Shown here piece by piece: positions 40,560 to 53,127 of a stretch of DNA of 64,000 bases. The stretch spans positions 200,694,001-200,758,000 of the forward strand of contig OZ024742.1 of NCBI GenBank assembly GCA_964016885.1, given 5' to 3'. This DNA is from Eledone cirrhosa (taxonomy: Eukaryota). The translations under genes and the position numbers were made by a program. How positions within the stretch are numbered: the stretch's first letter is position 1; each line of letters opens with the position of its first letter. The notes beneath the pieces were generated by a model, which saw only the letters and a program-made list of their open reading frames with translations, had not been told where the DNA came from and searched no databases.

Positions 40560-43500
40560 AGTTGTTATATAGTAAGGTGCATTATTGGTTGTGTAAAATG
40601 GTCCAATAAATTTATGTTAGCAATATTAAGTTCTCCACGCTTTTGTATATCTCAAATTCCATTCAAGGGAACAACTAGATGATGTAAAACGGAGTATAAG
40701 TATCAAAATGAAAATCCGAAGGCAAGGTAAAATTCCAATCATTTAATCACGACACATGTTTCAATAAGAGATAGATCGATTGTGAAGCCATGATCGATTA
40801 TCACTGATCTCATCAGGTGAATATGAATTGTCTTCAAATTCTTGATATTGGGGAGAAAAATAACGATGTTCTCTCACAGAATTCATTCCCTCTCATGAAG
40901 ACACGCCAGTCAGAGACACGGCGAATGCTATTAACTTCAGTTGAGGTCATAAAAGTTGTCAGATTTCTATTGCTGCAAAAACCCAACGAGAATTTAAACT
41001 ATGTCAACGCAAAATCGAACCACCCTAGAATAGTCACTAACGGTATTACCAAAAGCGTCTCTAGTAGAATTTCAGGACTATGTTCCAATGAAGATACCTT
41101 TAATTATATCTCGAATTACTATAATAGCGTCCTGGAACGCGTGGGGCATAGCGAGGGAATTTCATTCCAACGTCCATTAAATAGTAGAAGCAACATTGCC
41201 TGCGATAGCTTAGGCCTAAATAGTGACACTCTAGTTAACAGCAGGCGTGATACGAGGGAGGATTTATATAGACTTCATGTTGTATTGCCGCCTAGTCCCA
41301 ATGCTATTGGTACCAATAGAAACAACCACCCAGGTACTAACACGGGGTCTGAGCAACGTAACGCCAGCGGAAACTCTAATGGTAACCTTAATTGTGGAAC
41401 CGATAAAACTACCGTTGAACGCAGTATGGAACGAGGGTCGAGTAAGGGGAATATGGACAGGTGTAGGAGACGCATAGTGGATACAACCCTAGCTATCGAG
41501 GGTAAACCCAATAGCCGCATGGGGGGTACACCGCCCTGGAGACTTGGGACGATTCCGAACACAATCGTGACACTCCAGGACACCATCGACCCACAGGCAA
41601 TTTCCAGTTACAATAGACCAGTAACTACTAGGGAGACAGGTAATTCTAATATAGTTAGTAGGAACAAGAGGCATCGGCCCAGAAAAGTCATGTGGTATAA
41701 TCCCCCTTACTCCACTGGCCTGGCCACTAGTATAGCTAAGCTTTTCTTTTGGACCTTAGACAAATGCTTCCCTAGATCACACAGATATTATAAAATATTC
41801 AATAGAAATACCATCAAGCTGTCCTACTCCACAACTAGTAACATAGCTCAGAATATAGCTAAGATGAATTATAGTAGACTTAGGACAGCTCAAGAGGGAA
41901 TTAGGCATGGCAAGAAGACTGACAGCTCTATTGAGGAACTGACTCATACAGGTGAGGCGAGTCGGGTCTCCCCAACCCCAGGGAATTTAAACATAGAGCA
42001 GACAGGAACTGAGACCCAACCCCAAAGGTACCGTGGTCCATCTGGAACTATCCAGGTCGATAGCAAAAAAATAACTGCAGAAGCACCGCCACCTGCCCCA
42101 TGACTGGGAAATGCCTTACCAAAAACACTCTACGACTGTAAGGTCTCCACTCCTGATAGAACCTTTAGGTATATTGGGGAAACTGCCACGGAATTTAAGG
42201 ATAGATTGTATAATCACCCCCTTTAATAGATTAGATAAAAAAAATAGCACGGCACTTTCTGAATTAGTCTGGAAGCTTAAACATCAGAATATAGAGCACT
42301 CCTTATCCTGGTCCATAGTTTGCTCAGCCCAACCTTATAACGGCAGCACTGGCGTCTGCAATTTATGTATAGCTGAAACCTTTAATAGTATTAGAGGCGG
42401 CCCCCTATTAATTAACAGGAGAGCAGATTTTTTCAGCAACTGCCAACATAGAACCTCGAAAACCTTCCGCAGGATTTTTGGAAGGTAACCTACCACTAAC
42501 TCCTCCCTCTCTACTTTAGCATAGAGTTCTCTCAATAAACAGACAGTCACACACTTAGGTAGTTAGACGGCTAAGATTGTTTGCACACTTACAAACGATA
42601 CTCGGCCTGTTTCCACGGAGTTCTCACAGCTGAGAGCACTTTTTTGGAATACCTAGCTAGTAAATAGTTAGATTGATTACACACATAGAATAGCTAGTTA
42701 GTAATTGATTGCACACTCAGGCATGACCGATTACGCGCACCTACCTTTACTTTAAGATACCTTAACCATTGAGTTCTCTCGGTTGGGATATAGCTAGTCG
42801 TATTACACACTTAGTTAGGACCGATTAAGCTCTCTATACATAACTCTACACACAGTACCCGTTTCCTTTAGACATTGAGCTCCCACAATTACAACTGTCA
42901 CGTTCCTACCGACTGAACACTACACTAGGTTTTGATCCATGGAGGACTCACTGTTACGGATTGAACAATAATACCTACACACCATTAATGGGCCTACACA
43001 CAACCTCTGGATTTTACTATCCTGTTTTTTTTACGTCACCTTCTGTGTTGGATAACACACCTCCACCACTCAAACAACTATCTTAAAAGCTCATTGGCCC
43101 ATATGACGGGAAATCGCACTTACTGACGCATTTACCCAATACCCAATCCTACACGGAGCCCTTTGCTGGCCTTCATTGCGGTTGCTTGCACGCACGGATT
43201 TGGTGACTCGGATTCTCAACGGGACAGCGGTATACAAGGAGTTCGACATGAGCTGATTGCTTGCTCTTCACGTGGATGTGTATATACCCAGACATACCCT
43301 TTTTTGGACGATTCAGATGTGTATATACCATAACATACACTTGAAGATATGGATGTTACAATTCAATCTATACACGTATAGCAGAACACTGAACTGAACT
43401 TACTTGCTTATGTGTGTGGGGTTAACCCAATATTTCCAATTTACATCGTCAATTGAGATTTTACCAATGTAGCATCTGTTGTTTTGTGAACTAACTTTCG

Positions 43501-44058
43501 GTGAATGCTGTGTTGATACATTCTTATATTTGTTTTCTTATATTTGTTTTTTTCTCTGACATCGCTTCGGTGTGTGTGAGAGTGTGTGTGTACCCACCCA
43601 CACTAACTGTGACCTTCTATAATTCTACAGATTTGATACTGTGTTGATGTGTGTATATATATGTATATATTTTTTCTTTGACTTCGAGCCGGTGTATGTG
43701 GGTGTGGAGAGTGTGTGTACCCACTCACATTAACTGTGACCGACTATATCCCTACAGATTTGATTGATGTCCAGCGTCTTTTGCAGCAATAGAAATCTGA
43801 CAACTTTTATGACCTCAACTGAAGTTAATAGCATTCGCCGTGTCTCTGACTGGTGTGTCTTCATATGAGGGAATGAATTCTGTGAGAGAACATCGTTATT
43901 TTTCTCCCTCATATCAAGAATTTGAAGACAATTCAATTTCACCTGATGAGATCAGTGATAATCGATCATGGCTTCACAATCGATCTATCTCTTATTGAAA
44001 CATGTGTCGTGATTAAATGATTGGAATTTTACCTTGCCTTCGGATTTTCATTTTGATA
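40560..44058 (+). mobile_element. Penelope-like element 2: inverted pLTR (about 40560-40980), 5'-truncated ORF (40981-42488), long 3' region, pLTR (43779-44058)
   Basis: YVNAKSNHP...RISGLCSN thumb, VMWYNPPYS...IFNRNTIKLSYS linker, frameshifted CPMTGKC...YIGETATEFKDRLYNH GIY-YIG, CNLCIAE; 40701-40980 is the reverse complement of 43779-44058. Confidence 0.9.
43939..44012 (+). ncRNA. Type I hammerhead in the pLTR of PLE 2 (mirror copy at 40747-40820, minus)
   Basis: UCAC-CUGAUGA-long imperfect stem II-GAAA-CAUGUG-UC^GUGA; predicted cut after 44008. Confidence 0.75.
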
Positions 44059-44065
44059 TATATAT

Positions 44066-44895
44066 ATATGTAAGTATGTATGTATACGTAAATACATATA
44101 TGTATACAGACGTACAGTAGTATGTATATATATACATACATGCACACATATATATATATGCAGGTATCGGTTTACCGAACATTTATTATAATGCTCGGTT
44201 TGTTTGTAAACAAACAAACAGCCCGAATTACGCCGTACAGTGTTTAGGCAACCACGTCATCTTTTTGTTCACAAACAAACCGAGCATTATAATAAATGTT
44301 CGGTAAACCGATACGTGCATATATATATGTGTGCATGTATGTATATATATACATACTACTGTACGTCTGTATACATATATGTATGTATATATACATACAT
44401 ACGTACTTACATTTAAGTAACTGCCGTACTAAGAGTGAGAAATGAAATTTCGTTTCATTCTATTCCATTTATCGTTTTCGGTGTGCCCAGCCGACTAAAC
44501 TCACTCGATATGCAAATTAGGCTGCTCAGCCGTTAATATGCATAAGGAAAGTATATACTTTCAGACGTTCAACCATCTGGCAGGAAGGTATACGATGCTG
44601 ACGATAGCTAATAAGCTTGAAACTAGTACATCGTTCCTGTGTCAGTGTTGAACAAAACGGTGACGTGGTTGCCTAAACACTGTACGGCGTAATTCGGGCT
44701 GTTTGTTTGTTTACAAACAAACCGAGCATTATAATAAATGATCGGTAAACCGATACGTGCAGATATATATGTGTGCATCTATGAATATATATACATACTA
44801 CTGTTAATCTATATACATACATGTATGTACGTATACATACTTTAAGTAACTGCCGTACTAAGAGTGAGAAATGAAATTTTCTGTCATTCTATTCC

Positions 44896-44900
<5 letters not shown>
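44066..44900 (+). mobile_element. Family A copy: inverted 5' segment (44066-44270) plus ~1.4 tandem units of ~430-440 bp; HHR at 44592-44634
   Basis: ACGAUG-CUGACGA-UAGCUAAUAAGCUU-GAAACUAGUA^CAUCGU; octamer at 44510; ends TTCCATTTA-(TA)n. Confidence 0.85.
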
Positions 44901-44971
<71 letters not shown>

Positions 44972-45373
44972 GAGAAAAACCACAGACCCTCCATCTCAAC
45001 TCTTCTTTTGAAAAGCAGAATAAATATATATATTTTTTAAAACAAGACTCTAGTTGGATTTTCGATTTCATCTTTTTTTCTTTATACTTTCACTCGTGTA
45101 GGACAACTCGGTTATTTTTCATTTTGTAAAAATACCTCACATTCTAATATATATATATATATATATATATAACCAAGGAAATGCGGTAAGGAACCAGATG
45201 GACCATAACGCACCAAAGTACTCAATACTTAGGGTAGTAGAGTGGGTATTAGGAACGAGTAGGACCCCGACGGCTGAGCTCAAGCTGTTTCGACGGCTAA
45301 TTCTGGACTTAAAAAAATGTCCAGAATTAGCCGTCGAAACGGCTTGAGCTCAGCCGTCGGGGTCCTACTTGTT

Positions 45374-45417
<44 letters not shown>

Positions 45418-45460
45418 CGAAACATAAGTCAATTGCATGAACTCATAATCCTTTATTTAT

Positions 45461-45512
45461 TGCTATATATATTTCGATGATAGCCATTGAATGGCTATGA
45501 CCTCATCAGGCA
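45461..45512 (-). ncRNA. Type I hammerhead (singleton)
   Basis: UGC-CUGAUGA-GGUcAUAGCCAU-uca-AUGGCUAUcAUC-GAAA-UAUAUA-UA^GCA. Confidence 0.7.
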
Positions 45513-45574
45513 GTTAGTCAGTTCTTAGATATGCCAGCTCTGTGTGTATAGTGTTGATGGTATCAGAGCCTTGA

Positions 45575-45668
<94 letters not shown>

Positions 45669-46250
45669 TATAGATAGGTAAATATACACGGGTGTGTATG
45701 ATTGTGTATAGAAGATTATATTAATAAGAGGAATTCCAACTTTGTCTGATTTACTCGTTTTATTTACAATCCTTTAAAATATATATAATATGGTATTATA
45801 ATGAAATAGTATGATAGAATATTAAATTCTAAGTGTTAATTGAACAAGTACTTTCATGCTTTCGCAATCTTCAGGTTCATGATATGTGGTGACAGTCGAG
45901 TTTGCAATTTTCAACTGTAATGAGATGGATAAATTTACTACCTTTTATACATTTTATACAGAGAAAAGTGGCTCCAGAATGCAAAGCCCTGTAAACTGTA
46001 TTTCGACCAATCAGTGTGTAGTTTCACTGAATTACTACAGCTGATTGGTTTAAGCGTCACGGCTGGTTGAGCATGCTAACGACCAATAGTCATACCCAAC
46101 GTATCAATTGTTTTGCTTTTTGAAATGAGGAAAATAGCATTTTCTATTAATCATCACCATCAACATCACTTTTATTATTATTATTATTATTCTTCTTGTT
46201 GTTAGTGGTCGTGGTCATAGTGGTAGTAGAAGTAATACCCCTAGGCGTTA

Positions 46251-46961
46251 TTATTGTTCATTTAGCTTGGGTTTGAATTTATCAATAAAATTCTTTTCTT
46301 TGATTTTTCTCTTGATTTCACTTGGGCTGTGTAATTTGTAGAATGGGAATATTATAAATATTCCCTGACCACATGTTGCCAGGTGGCCGCTTAGGGGTAT
46401 CTGACGGACATTTGGGTCTCTGATTTGTTGACGGTGTACCCGTGCACGTTCCGATAGTGCATTTCCAGTTTGACCGACATATAGTTCTTCACGATTCGGG
46501 CATTTAATGCAGTAAATTAGATTTCTGCTTTTGCAGTTCATATTTGCATTTGGGAATATTTTTCCAGTTTTTGTTTTCATATATTGACCGGCGTGTATGG
46601 ATTGACATGTGCCGCATCGATTATCATTGCATTTAGATACAGTGAATGATTGGTCTTTGTTGTTAAGGTCAAACTTTGCTTTTGTTAGCAATTGCTTCAA
46701 ATTTTTCGGCTGTCTTTTACTAAGAGTCAAAGATCGATCTGTGATTAAGCCTTTTAATTCATTACTTTGAGCAATGATCGGTAGGTTTGCTTTGGCAGTG
46801 TTGAAGATATTCTGGTGACATGGGTTGTGTGTCATTATAAATGGTATGACCAGTTCTTGGTTTCTTCTTCCTTGGGTTGTTCTAAGTTGTTGTATAGGTA
46901 TTTTTATAGCCCGCTGTATGCCATTTTCTATAAGTAGAGATGGGTATTTTTGTTTGAGCAA
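46251..46961 (-). pseudogene. PLE thumb/linker, Cys-rich knuckle and GIY-YIG endonuclease (5'-truncated)
   Basis: KRQPKNLKQLLTKA, CNDNRCGTC, NLIYCIKC...LYVGQTGNALSERARVHRQQI, E..FIDKFKPKLN. Confidence 0.88.
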
Positions 46962-47638
46962 AAATTCTCTTAGTTCTGTTAGGCGTTTGTACCTGGTATT
47001 CGTATCTTCTACAATGGTACAAATTGTGAAGAACTATATGTCGGTCAAACTGGAAATGCACTATCGGAACGTGCACGGGTACACCGTCAACAAATCAGAG
47101 ACCCAAATGTCCGTCAGATACCCCTAAGCGGCCACCTGGCAACATGTGGTCAGGGAATATTTATAATATTCCCATTCTACAAATTACACAGCCCGAGTGA
47201 AATCAAGAGAAAAATCAAAGAAAAGAATTTTATTGATAAATTCAAACCCAAGCTAAATGAACAATAATAACGCCTAGGGGTATTACTTCTACTACCACTA
47301 TGACCACGACCACTAACAACAACAACAACAATCATAATAATAATAAAAGTGATGTTGATGGTGATGATTAATAGAAAATGCTATTTTCCTCATTTCAAAA
47401 AGCAAAACAATTGATACGTTGGGTATGACTATTGGTCGTTAGCATGCTCAACCAGCCGCGACGCTTAAACCAATCAGCTGTAGTAATTCAGTGAAACTAC
47501 ACACTGATTGGTCGAAATACAGTTTACAGGGCTTTGCATTCTGGAGCCACTTTTCTCTGTATAAAATGTATAAAAGGTAGTAAATTTACCCATCTCATTA
47601 CAGTTGAAAATTGCAAACTCGACTGTCACCACATATCA

Positions 47639-47677
47639 TGAACCTGAAGATTGCGAAAGCATGAAAGTACTTGTTCA
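47639..47677 (+). ncRNA. Minimal type I hammerhead, family D (copies at 45841-45879 minus and 51811-51849 plus)
   Basis: UGAAC-CUGAAGA-uUGC-GAAA-GCAu-GAAA-GUAC-UU^GUUCA; GNRA loop 2; palindromic AGUACU stem III. Confidence 0.85.
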
Positions 47678-47790
47678 ATTAACACTTAGAATTTAATATT
47701 CTATCATACTATTTCATTATAATACCATATTATATATATTTTAAAGGATTGTAAATAAAACGAGTAAATCAGACAAAGTTGGAATTCCTC

Positions 47791-47962
<172 letters not shown>

Positions 47963-48519
47963 ATATATATTTCTTTAGGTTTGTTGGCGCAACATGAGTT
48001 TAACGTTCCAATCTTCGGTTCACACATTAGACCATATAGACACCATTATAGATTCTTTGGAGTAGCACTTTTTTTTTGCGGCATTTTCTAGCATGAATGT
48101 AGTGTGACCCTTACGCTGACTTCTTTCTTTCTTCCTTTTTTCTTCTTTCTTCATTTCTTTCTTCCCCTTTTTCTTTGACGGAGAGGTGGTAGTGCATTAT
48201 AAGCCTTCGCCCCCTCACCAGATGATCATTAGTAGATTCACTTTGAGGGCGACTGGCCGAGGTAAAGGCAGTTAGTTGGTCAGTCGTCCCCTTTGTCTCT
48301 GTCTATGATTTTTCGGACAAATGGTTTTTTACATATTCCTTTGTTATATTCCAATACCTGATGATATCACCGGATTCATATGGAACCCGGTCATTGAAAT
48401 GATCATAGTATAATAAACCTTTCAAGGATTTACACCAGTCCAGCCTCCTGTTATTTTATTTTATTTATGTGTATATATATATATTATATATATATATATT
48501 TTATATATATACATATATA

Positions 48520-48725
48520 TGGATGCACGTGGCCTAGTGGTAAAGGTGTTGGACTTAAGATCATAATGTCATGGGTTCGATTCCTGGGTTGCATGTTGCT
48601 CCAGTATACTCAGCTGTAAATGTGAGCCAGCAATAACAGAGGGTTTAACCCTGTGATGGACTGGCGTCTGTGATGGACTAACCCTGTGATGGACTGTCCA
48701 GAAGGGAGTCTTGCAGTCTCAGTCG
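48520..48725 (+). mobile_element. tRNA-derived SINE with a conserved central AACCCTGTGATGGACTGG domain
   Basis: TGGCCTAGTGG A box and GGTTCGATTCC B box; internal duplication of CCCTGTGATGGACT. Confidence 0.65.
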
Positions 48726-48897
48726 CTGACTTAAGACAGACTTAAGACTTTAGACTATATATATACATATATATACACACACATATATTTATATATATAT
48801 GTAGCGTTATATTAATTGGATACCGCTGTTCACTCGTACTGGTTTCGAAATTATACACACACGCACACCCACACAAACTCCTAGAGACGTATCAGTT

Positions 48898-48945
<48 letters not shown>

Positions 48946-49360
48946 TTGTTTCTCACTCACTCACTCTCTCTCTCTCTCTAATCCCTCTCTCTCTCCCTCT
49001 CCCTCTGCCTCTCTGCCTGTCTGTCTGTCTGTTCGTATGTACTTAACGGATGAGAGAAATGTGCACTCAATGCCGAAGCAGAGTTTAAATATACAGTTTA
49101 TTAAGTCTAAATAGTGAGTCTTCTTAATCTGAACTTTCACCTGGTTGACAACAGGGTCATCAGACAATTTCCTTGTTTTGAGTAGACAAGCTTTCTGGTG
49201 AAAGCAAAATTAGGATATTTATATATATATTTAGAGGGAGCTACGCATTTGGCATTTTACATTTATTGTATTCAGCCATGCAGAGCGAACATTTTCTTTT
49301 ATATATATATGTATATATTCTTGTATATATATATATATATATATATATATTCATTTTCTT

Positions 49361-49442
<82 letters not shown>

Positions 49443-49451
49443 ATCTCTCTC

Positions 49452-49603
<152 letters not shown>

Positions 49604-50443
49604 AATAAAAGGTATAGAAAGTTTTGTAGCAAGAAGCTAACAGTATTCCATAATATATAAGTGACTATAGTGTCAAAATGGGAAAATAGTTAACGTAAGA
49701 TGCAGGAAAAATAATTCAAACTCAATTCAAAAAGAATCAGGATATAGACTTATCCAACAGAATTTAGTGAAATCCATGGAAAAATCAATTGAGCCTTAAC
49801 TCATGATAAAATAAAGTTTAAAATACTCATCCTTCAATTTGGGACAACTACAAATGCTCTGTATAGTCTTGAAAAAGACTATTTCACGTAAACATTCAGT
49901 GGAGATGGTCACGGTTGGAATACGATCCTCAGCAGAGCTCAACACGATAGCCAGATTCTCACTGATTAATATGCCAAAAAGGGAATTTAAAAGCAGGTTA
50001 GTTTAACATCATGCGTGATTATGAAAATAAAACGCACATGTGGAAAAACAGGGCTGGTGACGTCAGAATGAGACGAATGTTTGTTTACATGAAACAACAG
50101 TAAAAAACATTCCGAAAAAAACTCTACAATAAGGAGTTCAGCAAAAAGCAATATTATCGCGGTTTTTTTTTTAAATACCGGGATTAGTCACAAATAATTT
50201 AAGCACTCTAGGAAAGAAATACGAGTATAAATATATAAATGAAAGGTATAGAAAGTATTGTAGCAAGAGGCCAACAGTATTCCATAATGTATAAGTGACT
50301 ATAGCGTGGGTGATAGGAAAGGATTCAGACTTCGAAAAGGCCGGGGCTCAGCCGTCCGGGGCCTGAATCCTTTCCTATTACCCACTCTACTACCCCAAAT
50401 GATCTGGTGGGTTATAGTCCACCTGGTATCTTACCACACCCTC

Positions 50444-50500
<57 letters not shown>

Positions 50501-50503
<3 letters not shown>

Positions 50504-50758
50504 GTAACCACGCATAGCTAGTATAGGTAATATTTACCTTTAAGAGTGATTAACCTTCCTTGACACCCATAATTTCGATTTAGATTAAATTCATTTAATT
50601 CATTTTATCTTAATTTTGGATTTATAGATATCTATAAATCCAAAATTAAGATAAAATGAATTAAATGAATTTAATCTAAATCGAAATTATGGGTGTCAAG
50701 GAAGGTTAATCACTCTTAAAGGTAAATATTACCTATACTAGCTATGCGTGGTTACACG
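50501..50758. repeat. Perfect spacerless 258-bp palindrome
   Basis: Centre GAT|ATC at 50629/50630; 129-bp arms. Confidence 0.9.
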
Positions 50759-51368
50759 CGAGCAAAAATTATCTCCTGTGATTATTCATGTATATTTATA
50801 TGTTAACTCCTTATTTTCTGTGATTTACCAATGGGTTGAACTTGTCATTCAGTGTAGTTAGTCATGATGTCATTGTAAGAAGAACACTTCACGTTATGCA
50901 ACTCATCCATCGTAGATATGGTATCCGTGGATAGCCAGGACATTGAAATATGTATACTGGTTTGTGCAACATTAAATCTTTAAAGGGATATGTCCCGTCC
51001 GGTCGTCTCTTGTTTTAAATATATATATAAAGAAAGGAGGTGTGGTTAGATACCAGATGGACCACAACGCACCACAGTACTCAATACTTAGGTCGGATCT
51101 ATCTGTCGAAACGGCCGTCAGGGTCCTGACTCTTTTCATATATATATATATATACATACCCACACACGCACACACTCACGCACACACACGCACACACACA
51201 CATACACACACACACATATATATATATATAGGTCAAGGAAAACAATGCTCAATCTATTTTGCAAAAGAGGTTATTTAGTATAAATATAGTGTTATATATT
51301 TAACATGTATGCAGGGCCATAACTGGACCCCAAAATGAATGGTCACCCATACATATTAAATGTATGCA

Positions 51369-51409
<41 letters not shown>

Positions 51410-51413
<4 letters not shown>

Positions 51414-52006
51414 TCCAACCCAAGCTAAATGAACAATAGTAATGGAGTATTACTCCTACTATGACTACGACCATGTCGACTACTACCACTAACAACAACA
51501 GCAACAGTAATAATAATGGAAGTGATGTTGATGGTGATGATTACTAGAAAATGCTATTTTCATCATTTCTAAAAATAGCAAAACAGTTGATACTTTGTAT
51601 AGGGTGAACTAGTAGTCGTTAGACTTGCTCAACCAACCGTGACGCCTAAACCAATCAGCTTTAGTAATCCAGTGAAACTACACACCGATTGGTTGAAATA
51701 CAGTTTGCAGAATCTAGCATTCTGTAGCCGCTTTTCACTGTGTATAAGGCACACAATTTACCCATCTCATTACAGTTGAAAATTGCAAACTTGACTGTCA
51801 CCACAGAATATGAACCTGAAGATTGCGAAAGCGTGAAAGTACTTGTTCAATTAACACTTAACATTTAATATTCTACCATACTATTTCATTATAATACCAT
51901 TATAAATTTTAAAGGATTGTAAATAAAACGAGTAAATCAGACAACGTTGGAATTCCTTTTATTAATATAATCTTCTATACACAATCATACACTCCCGTGT
52001 ATATTT
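51410..52006 (+). mobile_element. Solo 3' end/pLTR of the PLE 3 family
   Basis: Begins at FQPKLNEQ*, colinear with 47240-47796, contains a family D HHR, lies between (TA)n tracts. Confidence 0.85.
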
Positions 52007-52020
52007 ATATATATATATAT

Positions 52021-52160
52021 AAGTTTATCCTGGGTTCAATCGGGGGTAACCACAGTATGTAAGGTACTCAATACAAAGCAGAATATAAATGTTTAATATA
52101 GAAAAGCTTCTACAGGACTATAACTGCTTCATTCGTGAGAAATCATCAGGAAGCTGACTG
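52021..52160 (-). ncRNA. Family B element with hammerhead at 52105-52155 (GAAG core variant); other family B pieces at 16719-16762, 40064-40220 and 54354-54550
   Basis: AGCUUC-CUGAUGA-UUUCUCACGAAU-GAAG-CAG..CUG-UA^GAAGCU; shared tail TATGTATTGAGTACCTTACTTACTGTGGTTACC. Confidence 0.65.
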
Positions 52161-52465
52161 TCCAAGTAAATATGGTGGTATTTATATCTTTTCTTGTGTA
52201 GAAGAGGGAGGGGATTAGGATGGGTGGAGGTCATTAGTTGATGGGTTTTAAGAAAAGGGATATCTTTAAAAGCTAATTGTTTAAATCTATATTTAGAGTG
52301 ACAAAGGCAGAAAGAATTCTATAAACAAGTTCAAATTGAGGTACCACTCCTTATTTTTACGTTTCTCTTAAGCTAACAATGCCTATATTTTAGGTGTCTA
52401 TAAGATGGGTGGAGGTCATTGGTTGATGGGTTTAGAGAAAAGGGAATTCTAGTAGTGTAGTAGTC

Positions 52466-52532
<67 letters not shown>

Positions 52533-52960
52533 ATTTTGATGATTAAAGCTGGTTGAGAGATTGGTTGGTCTTGTTTCATCGCCATTCGTGCCCTCAAGAT
52601 TCCACAATCTCAGTTATCCCCAGCTCGCATCTTTTGTCCAACACTATATTTTAGGTGCTACATACTACCCCCAGTCCTTCCGCCCCAATACCTCTTACTA
52701 TTACTGGATAGTGGAGATAACGACAACTAAATATAGACATTGGTTTAATTAACCATTGTTAAATCGAATTAACTTGCTTTACTAGACCTTTCCTCGAACG
52801 TTAACACATGTACACATACACACATACAAGCAGACATACACATATAAAACACATTCATACACACAAGCAAACGAATATATGTGCATGAGAACATTTAAAT
52901 GTATATGTTACTTACTTAGGCATATATATGAATGCACGTATGTATGCATGCAAGATGCAA

Positions 52961-53011
<51 letters not shown>

Positions 53012-53046
53012 TATATATATAGGTATAAATATATATATATGTAAAG

Positions 53047-53080
<34 letters not shown>

Positions 53081-53095
53081 TTTTATATATATATA

Positions 53096-53127
<32 letters not shown>

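Noticed and set aside
40817-40980. N-terminus of the 428-aa ORF as genuine protein
   Set aside because: It is the antisense of the pLTR (43779-43942) fused by the 5' inversion; PLE homology starts only near 40981
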